In this document: positions 22,379-33,854 of the stretch, in pieces | Layout of the letters: each line of letters opens with the position of its first letter | How positions within the stretch are numbered: position 1 is the first letter of the stretch | Source of the DNA: Octopus bimaculoides | Lineage: Eukaryota | Reading direction: 5' to 3' | Length of the DNA: 37,809 bases | Assembly: GCF_001194135.2 (NCBI RefSeq) | Contig: NC_068982.1 | Location: 46,924,582 to 46,962,390, forward strand | Position numbers and translations under genes: made by a program | Notes under the pieces: generated by a model | Seen by the model: only the letters and a program-made list of their open reading frames with translations | Databases searched by the model: none | What the model was told of the DNA's origin: nothing

Positions 22379-22909
22379 CTAAGAGGAAATTAACTGTTGT
22401 GTTACCAACTTTGCTGGCACCTGCTACAATTTGTTATAGTAAGTCCTAGCTGTGAACTAAATATATTTTCTGACTAAACCTCGCACATGACACCACACAC
22501 ATAGTTCTGTTACCTACGCAATTTTGTCTCACACCTAATTAGCTCTTACTTGTCATTCAAAAGGATCCAAGACGTGTGGATATCTGATTTCTTGTATCAT
22601 GTAAAAGCTGTGTTTTGTACCATCTATTTTAATTAGATTTTATTTGTTATGATAAACAGACTTCATCTTCTTCTACACACCTGACACACTAAAGAGTTAA
22701 CACACAATAAATATCATTCTACTGTCAAACTGTAGCTTATTTTTTATATTATTTACTATCAATATAATAGTTTCTATCCTACAACTAAATGCAAATATCA
22801 CCTAAACATACTTTGAGGTATACTCAGCCTTACTGTTTTCCTTCCTATGGTTGGTTAGTCAACATTACCTGTAAAGAGCATAGGACTGGTTCGCAGTTTC
22901 TCTGGAATA

Positions 22910-23135
22910 TTCTCCTATTCTTTTACTTGTTTCAGTCATTTGACTGTGGCCATGCTGTAGCACCACCTTAAAGGGTTTTGGCTGAAGAAATCGACCCCAG
23001 TACTTATTCTTTGTAAGCTTAGTACTTATTCTATCAGTCTCTTTTGCAAAACTGCTAAGTTACAGGGAGGTAAACACACCAACACCGGTTGTCAAGAAAT
23101 AATGGGGGACAAATACAGACACAAAGACACACACA
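22910..23135 (-). mobile_element. SINE family A tail
   Basis: ttttacttgtttcagtcatttgactgtggccatgctg... Confidence 0.8.
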
Positions 23136-23146
23136 CAATATATATA

Positions 23147-23434
23147 CACAGACATGCAGGAACTAAATAGACACCTTTAATTTTCAAAATTTCTGATCTA
23201 AGTGTCTTAATATGTTTTCAGCAGTGTAGAATTTACAATGTAATTATTCTTTTTCACTTCAGGTGCCATTTGCGAAGAGTAACCATGCCACACACAAAAA
23301 ATTCAGCAAAACTGTCAGATTTTCAAAGAGGTCGTATTGTTGGGCAATCTGAGGCTGATCTTAGCCAGTGAAAAATTGCCGAAAATCTTCAAATTCCTCT
23401 TGCTACTGTTAATAGAATTATAGTGCAATTCAGT
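23147..23434 (+). mobile_element. Tc1-like transposon 5' fragment (TIR region plus HTH N-terminus, pseudogenised)
   Basis: From ATG at 23285: [48 protein letters not shown], a Tc1 paired-like HTH (LSDFxRGRIVG...IA..L.IP..TV.RI). Starts after a TA tract. Confidence 0.75.
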
Positions 23435-23964
23435 TTTTTAATTTATATTTCAAACAAACACCTTTTTATTATATTACTTCATATTTTTTAAAAAACTACC
23501 ATTCGATAAATTAGACAAAATTCAAAGTTTATATCTCTGAAGAGCAGAAGAGTTGTCTATAAATGCTTATCAATATAGGATTCCATTGTTAGGACAGCAC
23601 TTCTGCGAAACGATCGTAAGATGCTTTAAAACTTAATTAAACTGTCATATTATAATTGTTATATATTTATACTTATACATATTTACATATATCTTTATAT
23701 ATATTTCTAATACAGCAATTATTCTACACATGTATATAACTTTCTGATGAATTTTCTAATATTGATTTCCTGATATTAATAATAATATATTATAAAATAT
23801 ACATAATCGCTCGTATTAAAAACATAAATACTTTAATAGTATTAATACTTTGATACAATAGAGCACTCAATATAAATTCAGTATAAAACATTCTCATTGA
23901 ATATATTTAACAAAAGATTTATGTGTGTGTGTGTGTGTGTGTACACACACACACACTCATGATA

Positions 23965-24115
23965 GGTTTCTTTTAGTTTCCATCTACCAAATCCACTCAC
24001 AAGGCTTTGGTTGGCCCGAAGCTATAGTAGAAGACACTTGCCCAAGATACCATGCAGTGAGACTGAACCCAGAACCATGTTGTTGGGAAGCAAGCTTCTT
24101 ACCACACAGCCACAC
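23965..24115 (-). mobile_element. SINE family A head
   Basis: ccatctaccaaatccactcacaaggctttggttggcccgaagctatagtagaagacacttgccc. Confidence 0.8.
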
Positions 24116-25181
24116 TGTATATTCTTTATATATTCCTCTCTGGACTCTCTAGAATACCAGTCCATTGCAGGATAACTCATTTTTATAAACTGAGTGAACT
24201 GGAGCAACATGAAATGAAGTGTTTTGCTCAAGAACACAATGCATANNNNNNNNNNNNNNNNNNNNNNNNNNNNNNNNNNNNNNNNNNNNNNNNNNNNNNN
24301 NNNNNNNNNNNNNNNNNNNNNNNNNNNNNNNNNNNNNNNNNNNNNNNNNNNNNNNNNNNNNNNNNNNNNNNNNNNNNNNNNNNNNNNNNNNNNNNNNNNN
24401 NNNNNNNNNNNNNNNNNNNNNNNNNNNNNNNNNNNNNNNNNNNNNNNNNNNNNNNNNNNNNNNNNNNNNNNNNNNNNNNNNNNNNNNNNNNNNNNNNNNN
24501 NNNNNNNNNNNNNNNNNNNNNNNNNNNNNNNNNNNNNNNNNNNNNNNNNNNNNNNNNNNNNNNNNNNNNNNNNNNNNNNNNNNNNNNNNNNNNNNNNNNN
24601 NNNNNNNNNNNNNNNNNNNNNNNNNNNNNNNNNNNNNNNNNNNNNNNNNNNNNNNNNNNNNNNNNNNNNNNNNNNNNNNNNNNNNNNNNNNNNNNNNNNN
24701 NNNNNNNNNNNNNNNNNNNNNNNNNNNNNNNNNNNNNNNNNNNNNNNNNNNNNNNNNNNNNNNNNNNNNNNNNNNNNNNNNNNNNNNNNNNNNNNNNNNN
24801 NNNNNNNNNNNNNNNNNNNNNNNNNNNNNNNNNNNNNNNNNNNNNNNNNNNNNNNNNNNNNNNNNNNNNNNNNNNNNNNNNNNNNNNNNNNNNNNNNNNN
24901 NNNNNNNNNNNNNNNNNNNNNNNNNNNNNNNNNNNNNNNNNNNNNNNNNNNNNNNNNNNNNNNNNNNNNNNNNNNNNNNNNNNNNNNNNNNNGTGAGACT
25001 GAACCCAGAACCATGTTGTTGGGAAGCAAGCTTCTTACCACACAGCCACACTGTATATTCTTTATATATTCCTCTCTGGACTCTCTAGAATACCAGTCCA
25101 TTGCAGGATAACTCATTTTTATAAACTGAGTGAACTGGAGCAACATGAAATGAAGTGTTTTGCTCAAGAACACAATGCATA
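24057..25181. other. Identical 189-bp sequence on both sides of an N-gap (24057-24245 = 24993-25181); probable scaffolding overlap
   Basis: The two copies appear identical by eye, and each ends or begins exactly at a gap edge. Confidence 0.8.
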
Positions 25182-25350
25182 ACCCAGTCTAGGAATCGAA
25201 ACCACAATCTTAAGATCATGAGTCCAACACTCTAACCACTAAGCCATGCATCTCCACTTTCTTCCTATACCCCATATTAAATAATTTATCCAATCCTTCT
25301 GCAAAGCTGCATCAACCTGAAACAATCTTAGCATTGTTATTTTCTATCCT

Positions 25351-25560
25351 GAAGGCAGCAAGCTGACAGAATCATTGGTATGCTGGACAAAAAGGTTAGC
25401 AGCATTTTGTCTTTATGTTCTGAGTTCAAATTTTACCAGGTTGACTTTGTCATTCATCCCTTTGGGTCTGATAAAATAAACTAACAGTAGAGCACTGGGG
25501 TTGATGTAATCACCTATCCTCCTCCTTGAAAATTTCAGGCTTTGTGCTTACAGTAAAAAA
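25351..25560 (+). mobile_element. SINE family B
   Basis: gaaggcagcaagctgacagaatc...gttctgagttcaaatt... Confidence 0.7.
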
Positions 25561-25571
25561 TATTTTACATA

Positions 25572-25750
25572 GGTACAGGAGTGGCTGTTTGGTAAGAAGC
25601 TTGCTTCCCAAGCACATGGTTCTGGTTTCAGTCCCACAGCATGGCACCTAGGGCAAGTGCCTTCTACAATAGCCTCGGGCCGACCAGAGCCTAGTGAGTG
25701 GATTTGATAAACGGAAACTGAAAGAAGCCCATCATATATAGGTATGTATA

Positions 25751-25787
<37 letters not shown>

Positions 25788-26253
25788 NNNNNNNNNNNNN
25801 NNNNNNNNNNNNNNNNNNNNNNNNNNNNNNNNNNNNNNNNNNNNNNNNNNNNNNNNNNNNNNNNNNNNNNNNNNNNNNNNNNNNNNNNNNNNNNNNNNNN
25901 NNNNNNNNNNNNNNNNNNNNNNNNNNNNNNNNNNNNNNNNNNNNNNNNNNNNNNNNNNNNNNNNNNNNNNNNNNNNNNNNNNNNNNNNATATATACTTAT
26001 ACCTAGGTGTGTGTGTGTGTGTGTGTGTGCATATATGTATTTGTTTGTCTGTGTCTGTCCTCCCACTTTTGCTTGACAACTGATGTTGGTATGTATACAA
26101 CCTTGTAACTTAGTGGTTCAGCAAAAGATACCAATAGAATAAGTACTAGTCTTACAAAGAATAAAGTCCTGGGGTCGATTTGTTCGACTAAAGGCGGTGC
26201 TCCAGCATGACCGCAGTCAAAATAACTGAAACAAGTAAAAGAATAAAAGAAAA
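25572..26253 (+). mobile_element. SINE family A spanning a gap in its central microsatellite
   Basis: Head at 25572-25735 and tail at 26040-26253 match 28479-28890. Confidence 0.8.
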
Positions 26254-27358
26254 TCCTATATCTTATGCACAACATCGCAAATGACAGAAAACTCAAATGA
26301 AACAATTACTATCAGATATTTCATTATAAATATAAATATGACATGGTCACAAAGTTTTGATTGAATAACTAATGAAAATTAAAACACTCTTAGACATTTC
26401 ATGACAGACAGCCAAATGTAGAAGAAAAAAATGAAGAACAAGCAGCTGAATAATTATGATGCTTTAAAAGTAGTTTATAAACTTATTACAGACAGAATTT
26501 ATGTTAGTCTCATATTTTCATGAACCATTCAGAAAGCTTATACAGAATCTTTCAATATGCTAGATACAGCTATCAAATCGCTCTCAATTCACATTCTCAA
26601 CCATGCTCATCTGTCAGAATGACAAGGACAATCTAGTTGTCCTCAAGGATGACTGATGACTTGTGCATTGACTTTGTTTAAAGTGAAAAAGAGTTGTGCA
26701 CTATCAATCTCACTCTTTTGTCTGTGGCCATCGTCAATCCAGTGACAAAACCAGGTAAAGATGATGGTGGATGGAGGCAGATGCAGTCGATGATACAGAT
26801 GTCTTTGCTTGCCTCCTCCTATTCTTTGCAGTTTGCTATGTGTCGCTGCAGTCATCTTTCCATCCATTGAACCATGAAGGTGAGGAAAGTGAACAATCAT
26901 GGCTGGAACTCTTGCAATCATAGGTTCACTCAACCATATCCAGGATTTAAACAACAAAAATAATCAGGAGGCATTGTTTTCTTGATATCTGATATTTGAA
27001 ACCCTCACTAATTAAAGCCAAAGCTACTGGCAACAGCAATCAAGAATATGTTTTAGAAAATAAATATTATAACAAAATCCTCACAGAGGAATAGCAGGAG
27101 AGTGGTGGAGGGGAGCTTATGAAATTGTATTGTTTTTTTTTTTTGTTTTTTTGTTAATTTCATGAAACTTCTACAGAAATACAAACAACTCACATACACA
27201 TGCACACAAAATCATAAAAATAAAGACACACATACACATGCACACACTCATGTTCACACACTCATGTGCACACACACATGTGCACATGCACATATACATA
27301 CACATGCACCCATGCACATACGTGCATGCACACACACACGCACACACATGCACACAAA

Positions 27359-27394
<36 letters not shown>

Positions 27395-27534
27395 AAACTC
27401 AACATAGACATGAAACTTTTAAAAGAGAGAACTGAATACAATTCTCCAGACAAAGAAACTAGTTCCCAAACAGTCAATAGTTGTTATTCCTTTTTTTTTT
27501 TTTCTTGATTTATTATAGGTTTTACACATATATA

Positions 27535-27569
<35 letters not shown>

Positions 27570-27934
27570 TCATTTGGGGAGTGTGTTTCTTTTTGGGTTT
27601 CTTTATTTTTTACTTTTGCAGACATTACAATTGCTTCTAAAGCCAGTTGTAAATCAGAAAGTAATGCTGGAGAATACAGAGTTCATTGTCAGAGAAGCAT
27701 TTTTATTATCCATTTGTCATATTCTTTATGTAATTTATTGAAATGTAATTTGGAATGCTTTTTATATATTTAGGTAGGCTTTAACAATATATACATAAGT
27801 ATGTATGTGTGTGTTTACGTGCATGCATGTGTGTATGTGCGTGTGTATGCTTGTGCGTGTGAGTGCATGTGTGTGCATATGTGCGTGTCTGTATATACAC
27901 ATACACATATTAATACTCATATATGTATACATAT

Positions 27935-28039
<105 letters not shown>

Positions 28040-28478
28040 TATAATAAATATGTATATTTATATAGGTATATATATAGATATATTCACATATTAATACATA
28101 GATAATACATACATATATATGTAAATGTGTGCATGTGCAAAGTATACACACCCCATAATGTATATGTATGTGCGTATGAATGAACGAAAGAGTGTGTTTG
28201 TATATATTCATATGTTTTTGCTTGTTTCGTTCATTTTCTCATTAGTTGTTCAGCTTTCCATGCAAGCATGGATCTGGATGAGAAATTATTTGAGGCAGGA
28301 TTTTATGACCAGATGCTCTTCCTGATGCTAACCATTACCTGTTTACAAGTAAAGGATGATTTTTTTTTTTTTTATTTACATGGTCTTCAAAAGCAAAGAA
28401 CTACTAGTGACATTGTCAATAACTTCATTGCTTTGTTCAACCAGAGTTAAGTGCATAATTTCAATATCCATGCAGATA

Positions 28479-28890
28479 GGCGCAGGAGTGGCTGTGTGGT
28501 AAGTAGCTTGCTTACAAACCACATGGTTCCGGGTTCATTCCCACTGCATGGCACCTTGGGCAAGTGTCTTCTACTATAGCCTCGGGCTGACCAAAGCCTT
28601 GTGAGTGGATTTGGTAGATGGAAACTGAAAGAAGCCTGTCATATATATGTATATATATATGTATGTGTCTGTATATGTCTGTGTCTGTATATGTCTGTGT
28701 GTGTCCCACCAACATCACTTGACAACCGATGCTGGTGTGTTTACGTCCCCGTAACTTTCCGGTTCGGCAAAAGAGACCGATAGAATAAGTACTAGGCTTA
28801 CAAAGAATAAGTCCTGGGGTCGATTTGCTCGACTAAAGGCGGTGCTCCAGCTGCACTCAAATGACTGAAACAAGTAAAAGAGTAAAAGAG
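28479..28890 (+). mobile_element. SINE family A, well-preserved full copy
   Basis: GGCGCAGGAGTGGCTGTGTGGTAAG...GGTTCATTCCC (A/B boxes), central (TA/TG)n, tail ending (AGTAAAAG)n. Confidence 0.85.
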
Positions 28891-28919
28891 TATTACCTAC
28901 ACACATACACAACACACAT

Positions 28920-28954
<35 letters not shown>

Positions 28955-29298
28955 CATGAATGTATATATATATATATATATAGTAACAATATGGTTTCAA
29001 AGAATCAAACAGATCCCTTATATTTGGGTCAGCTTGCTTTCTGGAGTAGAATTGATGTTTTGAACTACCATGACTTGTTCTGAAGATTAGTCTGTTAGTT
29101 AATTTCTCAGCACACTTGTACATATCAGTGTACATATATGTTTATATGTCTATTTTATATACATATGAAGGCTGATGTAATATCTATTACACAACTAACA
29201 TGATTAGGAAACAGCTGTAAGCAAAAGGAATAAACATCAATTCTCTTAAATCACTTCTCTTACCTGTTCAATTCATATATATGTATATATGTTATGGT

Positions 29299-29482
29299 TT
29301 CTAATTTTGGCACAAAAGCAGTTTAAGTGAGAGGTGCTTAGTCAATTACCTCAATCCCTGTACTTGAGTTGTGCTTCATTTTTTTTTTTTTTACCCAAAT
29401 AAGATTGAAAGACAAAACTGATCTCAACAAGATTTGAACTCAGATCATGAAGAGCCAGAACTACTGTGAAGCACATTGCATT
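29299..29482 (-). mobile_element. Diverged SINE family B
   Basis: gatttgaactcaga...tgaaagacaaa is the reverse complement of the family B core. Confidence 0.5.
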
Positions 29483-29545
29483 CAATAGACCCCGATATTA
29501 TGTAAACAGAGGAATTTGTCTGTAATATATGTGACAATTATTCAG

Positions 29546-29620
29546 TTGCCATAATAAGACTCCGAGTTTCAGATGTCGGGGCAGAAACCTGCTCAGGTAT
29601 CTCATCAGTTATCAAGGCAA
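29546..29620 (-). ncRNA. Type-I hammerhead ribozyme motif, core intact, GUC cleavage triplet
   Basis: UUGCCUUGAUAA CUGAUGA GAU[..24 nt..]AUC U GAAA CUC G GAG UC UUAUUAUGGCAA. Stem I is 12 positions (1 mismatch, 1 GU). Stem III ACUC/GAGU has a 1-nt loop and is quasi-palindromic. One extra nucleotide precedes GAAA. Confidence 0.7.
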
Positions 29621-29636
29621 TCAAAAAAATCTTTGA

Positions 29637-29711
29637 TTGCCTTGATAAATGATGAGATGCTGGAGCAGGTTTCCACCCCGACATCCAAAAGTCAGAGTCT
29701 TATTATGGCAA
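29637..29711 (+). ncRNA. Degenerate inverted twin of the hammerhead motif
   Basis: Same stems, but AUGAUGA replaces CUGAUGA, AAAA replaces GAAA, and stem III has a mismatch. Confidence 0.55.
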
Positions 29712-29802
29712 CTGAATAATTGTCACATATATTATATATATATATATACACACACATATACACTTGGAAATGGATGCATTGCATTCAATTAAATAATAAA
29801 TA

Positions 29803-29833
<31 letters not shown>

Positions 29834-29850
29834 TTATTTATACATGCATG

Positions 29851-30089
29851 TATGGGTACAGGACATCACCAACGGTGAAAATAACATGAAATACATAAAC
29901 AAACAAGGGAAATATGAGTGAAATGTGTAAACAAGAAAAAAAAAACAAATGGAAAACAGGACAACTTTTTCTGTGTTAACTTGTCTTGTTTTCCATTTTG
30001 TTTTCTTGTTTATGTATTTCTCTCATTTTTCCTTCATTTGTTTATGTGTTTCATATTATTTGCACTGTTGGTGATGTCCTGTACCCATA
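29851..30089. repeat. Second long palindrome, ~110-bp arms, 16-nt spacer
   Basis: tatgggtacaggacatcaccaac.gtg.aaataa.atgaaa.acataaacaaa...aaatggaaaaca.gacaa is mirrored by 29980-30089. Confidence 0.9.
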
Positions 30090-30109
30090 TATGCATGCAT
30101 ATATACATA

Positions 30110-30162
<53 letters not shown>

Positions 30163-30614
30163 NNNNNNNNNNNNNNNNNNNNNNNNNNNNNNNNNNNNNN
30201 NNNNNNNNNNNNNNNNNNNNNNNNNNNNNNNNNNNNNNNNNNNNNNNNNNNNNNNNNNNNNNNNNNNNNNNNNNNNNNNNNNNNNNNNNNNNNNNNNNNN
30301 NNNNNNNNNNNNNNNNNNNNNNNNNNNNNNNNNNNNNNNNNNNNNNNNNNNNNNNNNNNNNNNNNNNNNNNNNNNNNNNNNNNNNNNNNNNNNNNNNNNN
30401 NNNNNNNNNNNNNNNNNNNNNNNNNNNNNNNNNNNNNNNNNNNNNNNNNNNNNNGTATTTACTGCGCTGATATTCTGTCCGGATCGCACGAAAGGTTGTT
30501 TAGGCGGGCTATTTAAGCTAGTCGTGTGCATACGTGCATATATATGTGTGTATACGTCCGTATATGTAAGTATACTGTTTATATACATGTATTTGTATTT
30601 ATGTACTGGAGTAT

Positions 30615-30676
30615 ATTCCACTGATGAAGGCAGAACATTATTATTTATGCAAAGCCAGAAATCCAGGATTTGGAAT
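30615..30676 (+). ncRNA. Type-I hammerhead-like motif in a CpG-retaining repeat (about 30455-30810)
   Basis: AUUCCA CUGAUGA A GGC[..]GCC A GAAA UCC A GGA UU UGGAAU. Stem I is a perfect 6 bp. AAAUCC-A-GGAUUU is a palindromic stem III. The cleavage triplet is AUU (suboptimal). Confidence 0.6.
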
Positions 30677-30806
30677 TATCTTATTTTTACTGGTTCATTT
30701 GGTCTTCGTCTTCGCTAATCGTGCCATGCGGACATTTATTGTGGTTTTAGAGTCAGGATTTGACTGCTATTTTTTCAGTGTGGTGGTATCTCTTGATACC
30801 CTGTAT

Positions 30807-30850
<44 letters not shown>

Positions 30851-31059
30851 CATTTATTATATATATACATTATCATTAAATCAGAAATCCAAAGAAGATG
30901 CACACACTAACTTATAGAGCAGTAGAGTATTTAGATAAAGATATTTATGGCCAGTCTATATATATATATACTTACACACACACACACACAAACACACACA
31001 TGCACACACACACACACACATAGACACATACATACATATATACATGCATGTATCAACTT

Positions 31060-31148
31060 TTACAAGGAAAAGTTTGACAGTTTTGGCTTGTTGAGCAGAC
31101 TATCAGATGAAAGCAAGCAAACTAAATCTGTCAAATTTTTCCTTGCAA
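31060..31148. repeat. 89-nt hairpin (21-bp outer stem, extendable to about 30 bp)
   Basis: 31060-31080 pairs with 31128-31148 with one mismatch and one GU. Confidence 0.8.
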
Positions 31149-32453
31149 GAAGTAATGAATATATAATCTACAAAAAAGTATTGTGTAGTCCTTCAGTTTA
31201 ATATTAAACTGTTTTTACATTTTAGTTGATATAACAACAAACATTGATCTTATAAATATATGGCAATTTCTGTCTTTCTGTCTTTTACCATCTTGCTGAC
31301 TAAACCAGCAAACCAATCTTAATGCAACTTTGTAAACATGTTAAACTAACATCCATTTCAATAATAGGCTTATTAGTTTTCAATAAAAAATCACTAATGT
31401 ACCCCCTGGGGGTGGTTGGGTGAATTATATGATAAAATGAGAAGGGTGCAAAGAGTATTAGTGTGAGGGAAATGTGATAGCAGATTGTGTGTGATTGATG
31501 TGACTGATATCAGGGAAGGGGAGAACAGCATTGCGATGATAATGTTAATACAGCATTGGGGTGATAATGTTAATACAGCTGGCATATACATGTACTTTTG
31601 TAAATACACACACACACACACACACATACATACAGACACACATGCACATTAGTAACTTTTAAAATAGCAAGGAAGGAAAAGAAAGGTGGGTGTGAGAATA
31701 CATAGCTTTAATGAAAGAGGGAGTAGGTGGCTTTTCTACTGTCCATTGCAATGAAACACTCACACACAGACACACAGAGACACATACATAAATATATATC
31801 TACATACATACATATGTCTACTGTGCACCATTTTAAACTCATGATTACTTGTGTGTATGTGTGTGTGATGTCCTATAACTGTCTGTCTCTCTACTTTTTA
31901 GAGTCCTTCCTGTTGCTGTGACATACTGTGAGATTTTAAAATTACATCAAAATTTTCAAATTTGGCATATTGAAATAATTTTCCACAATAAATCCAATTT
32001 TGTTATCTATTTGTTTCCAGAAAAATTGTAGAAAAATGTTACTGCAGTTGAAAGGTTAATCAATTTTACCTAATCAGAAAACAAGATTTGGAAGCTGACA
32101 TTTTTTGCATAATAGTTGTCTATCAGAAAATGAAAGCAAAATCCTTAGGAGAAGGATTTTTTATTAAATAAATGAAAGCAAAGCATTATGGTGACCAAAG
32201 TTGCAAAAACTTCTGAAGTTCTAATAAATTTTAATGAATATAGTCATGTCAAATGGTCAAACACACATGTAAATAATTTAAAAAGGAAAAATGTCTTCAA
32301 CGAAGATTTTTTGCAAAAAATTGCACAAATCTGTCTTGATCAAGAAGACTATCTGTCAGGGAAGGCATGGTCCAACATGGAATAAACAAAAATTCATACA
32401 AGACATTTTATTCTAAAAATTGCTCAGCAACGACGGGCTATTCAGCTAGTACA

Positions 32454-32543
<90 letters not shown>

Positions 32544-32565
32544 TATATATATATATACATATATA

Positions 32566-32766
32566 CTCTTTTACTTGTTTCAGTCATTTGACTGTGGCCA
32601 TGCTGGAGCACTGCCTTTAGTCGAGCAAATCGACCCCAGGACTTATTCTTTGTAAGCCTAGTACTTATTCTAGCGGTTTCTTTTGCCGAACTGCTAAGTG
32701 AAGGGGACATAAACACACCAGCACCGGTTATCAAGCAATGCTAGGGGGACAAACACAAACACACAA

Positions 32767-32803
<37 letters not shown>

Positions 32804-32826
32804 CATATATTCGACGGGCATATCTA
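32566..32826 (-). mobile_element. SINE family A tail half
   Basis: ctcttttacttgtttcagtcatttgactgtggccatgctggagcactgcctttagtcgagc... Confidence 0.85.
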
Positions 32827-33355
32827 CCAATCTGTATTTCTATCTCTATAATCATATAAAAATTCCATTTGCAGACCAAAAACCTAACAGCAACTGAATG
32901 AAAAAGGGTGATAGCTTCAAGAGATTAAGGATAATACTAAATGAAATAATATGCTAGAAAGAAAAGAAACATCCTCCTATTGACTATGCAGGCAAAGAAC
33001 AGTAACATATGTTTCTATCTTAATGTGCATCATCAGCACAGTGTTGTCATTCTCATTTTTGAACCAAACATATTCAGTTTGATATATACAAGGCAGTCAA
33101 GTAACATTTTTGCTCAAGTGTAATTTGCATAATTAAAATGGAAAAAGAGCTAAGAGAAAATATAAAAAATGGTGGGGGTGGCCCAGTGGCATGAATATAG
33201 ATGGCAAAATCAACAGGGAGTGTATATGAATGCTATGCATAATAAATTCTTAATTTCTAAAAATTTTCTTCAGAGACAAGAAGGTAAACAAAATATATTT
33301 AGATGTGTGTGTGTGTACGTGTGTGTGGATGTATGCATGTGTGTATATCTGTATG

Positions 33356-33386
<31 letters not shown>

Positions 33387-33802
33387 TCATATATATATAT
33401 ATATNNNNNNNNNNNNNNNNNNNNNNNNNNNNNNNNNNNNNNNNNNNNNNNNNNNNNNNNNNNNNNNNNNNNNNNNNNNNNNNNNNNNNNNNNNNNNNNN
33501 NNNNNNNNNNNNNNNNNNNNNNNNNNNNNNNNNNNNNNNNNNNNNNNNNNNNNNNNNNNNNNNNNNNNNNNNNNNNNNNNNNNNNNNNNNNNNNNNNNNN
33601 NNNNNNNNNNNNNNNNNNNNNNNNNNNNNNNNNNNNNNNNNNNNNNNNNNNNNNNNNNNNNNNNNNNNNNNNNNNNNNNNNNNNNNNNNNNNNNNNNNNN
33701 NNNNNNNNNNNNNNNNNNNNNNNNNNNNNNNNNNNNNNNNNNNNNNNNNNNNNNNNNNNNNNNNNNNNNNNNNNNNNNNNNNNNNNNNNNNNNNNNNNNN
33801 NN

Positions 33803-33854
<52 letters not shown>

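Larger units (their letters stand above)
29523..29734. repeat. 212-bp palindrome, 103-bp arms, 6-nt loop
   Basis: Arms 29523-29625 and 29632-29734 match at 93/103 by manual alignment, and the outer 40 bp are identical. Confidence 0.95.

Noticed and set aside
22829-22880. 35-nt segment with a good acceptor and GTAAGG donor on the minus strand
   Set aside because: Stop codons in all three frames.
24057-25181. Apparent 189-bp tandem duplication
   Set aside because: Identical copies abut both edges of one gap, typical of a scaffolding overlap. Biological only if long reads confirm it.
26652-26700. CTGATGA...GAAA pair
   Set aside because: No stem I or stem III can be formed.
27601-27741. Plus-strand acceptor (ttttacttttgcag) with open frames
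   Set aside because: No convincing donor or homology, and it is on the opposite strand to the better exon candidate.
33004-33036. Minus-strand CUGAUGA...GAAA with palindromic ACAUAUGU
   Set aside because: Stem I and stem II do not pair. Likely a chance match in AT-rich DNA, and a reminder that the core alone is insufficient.
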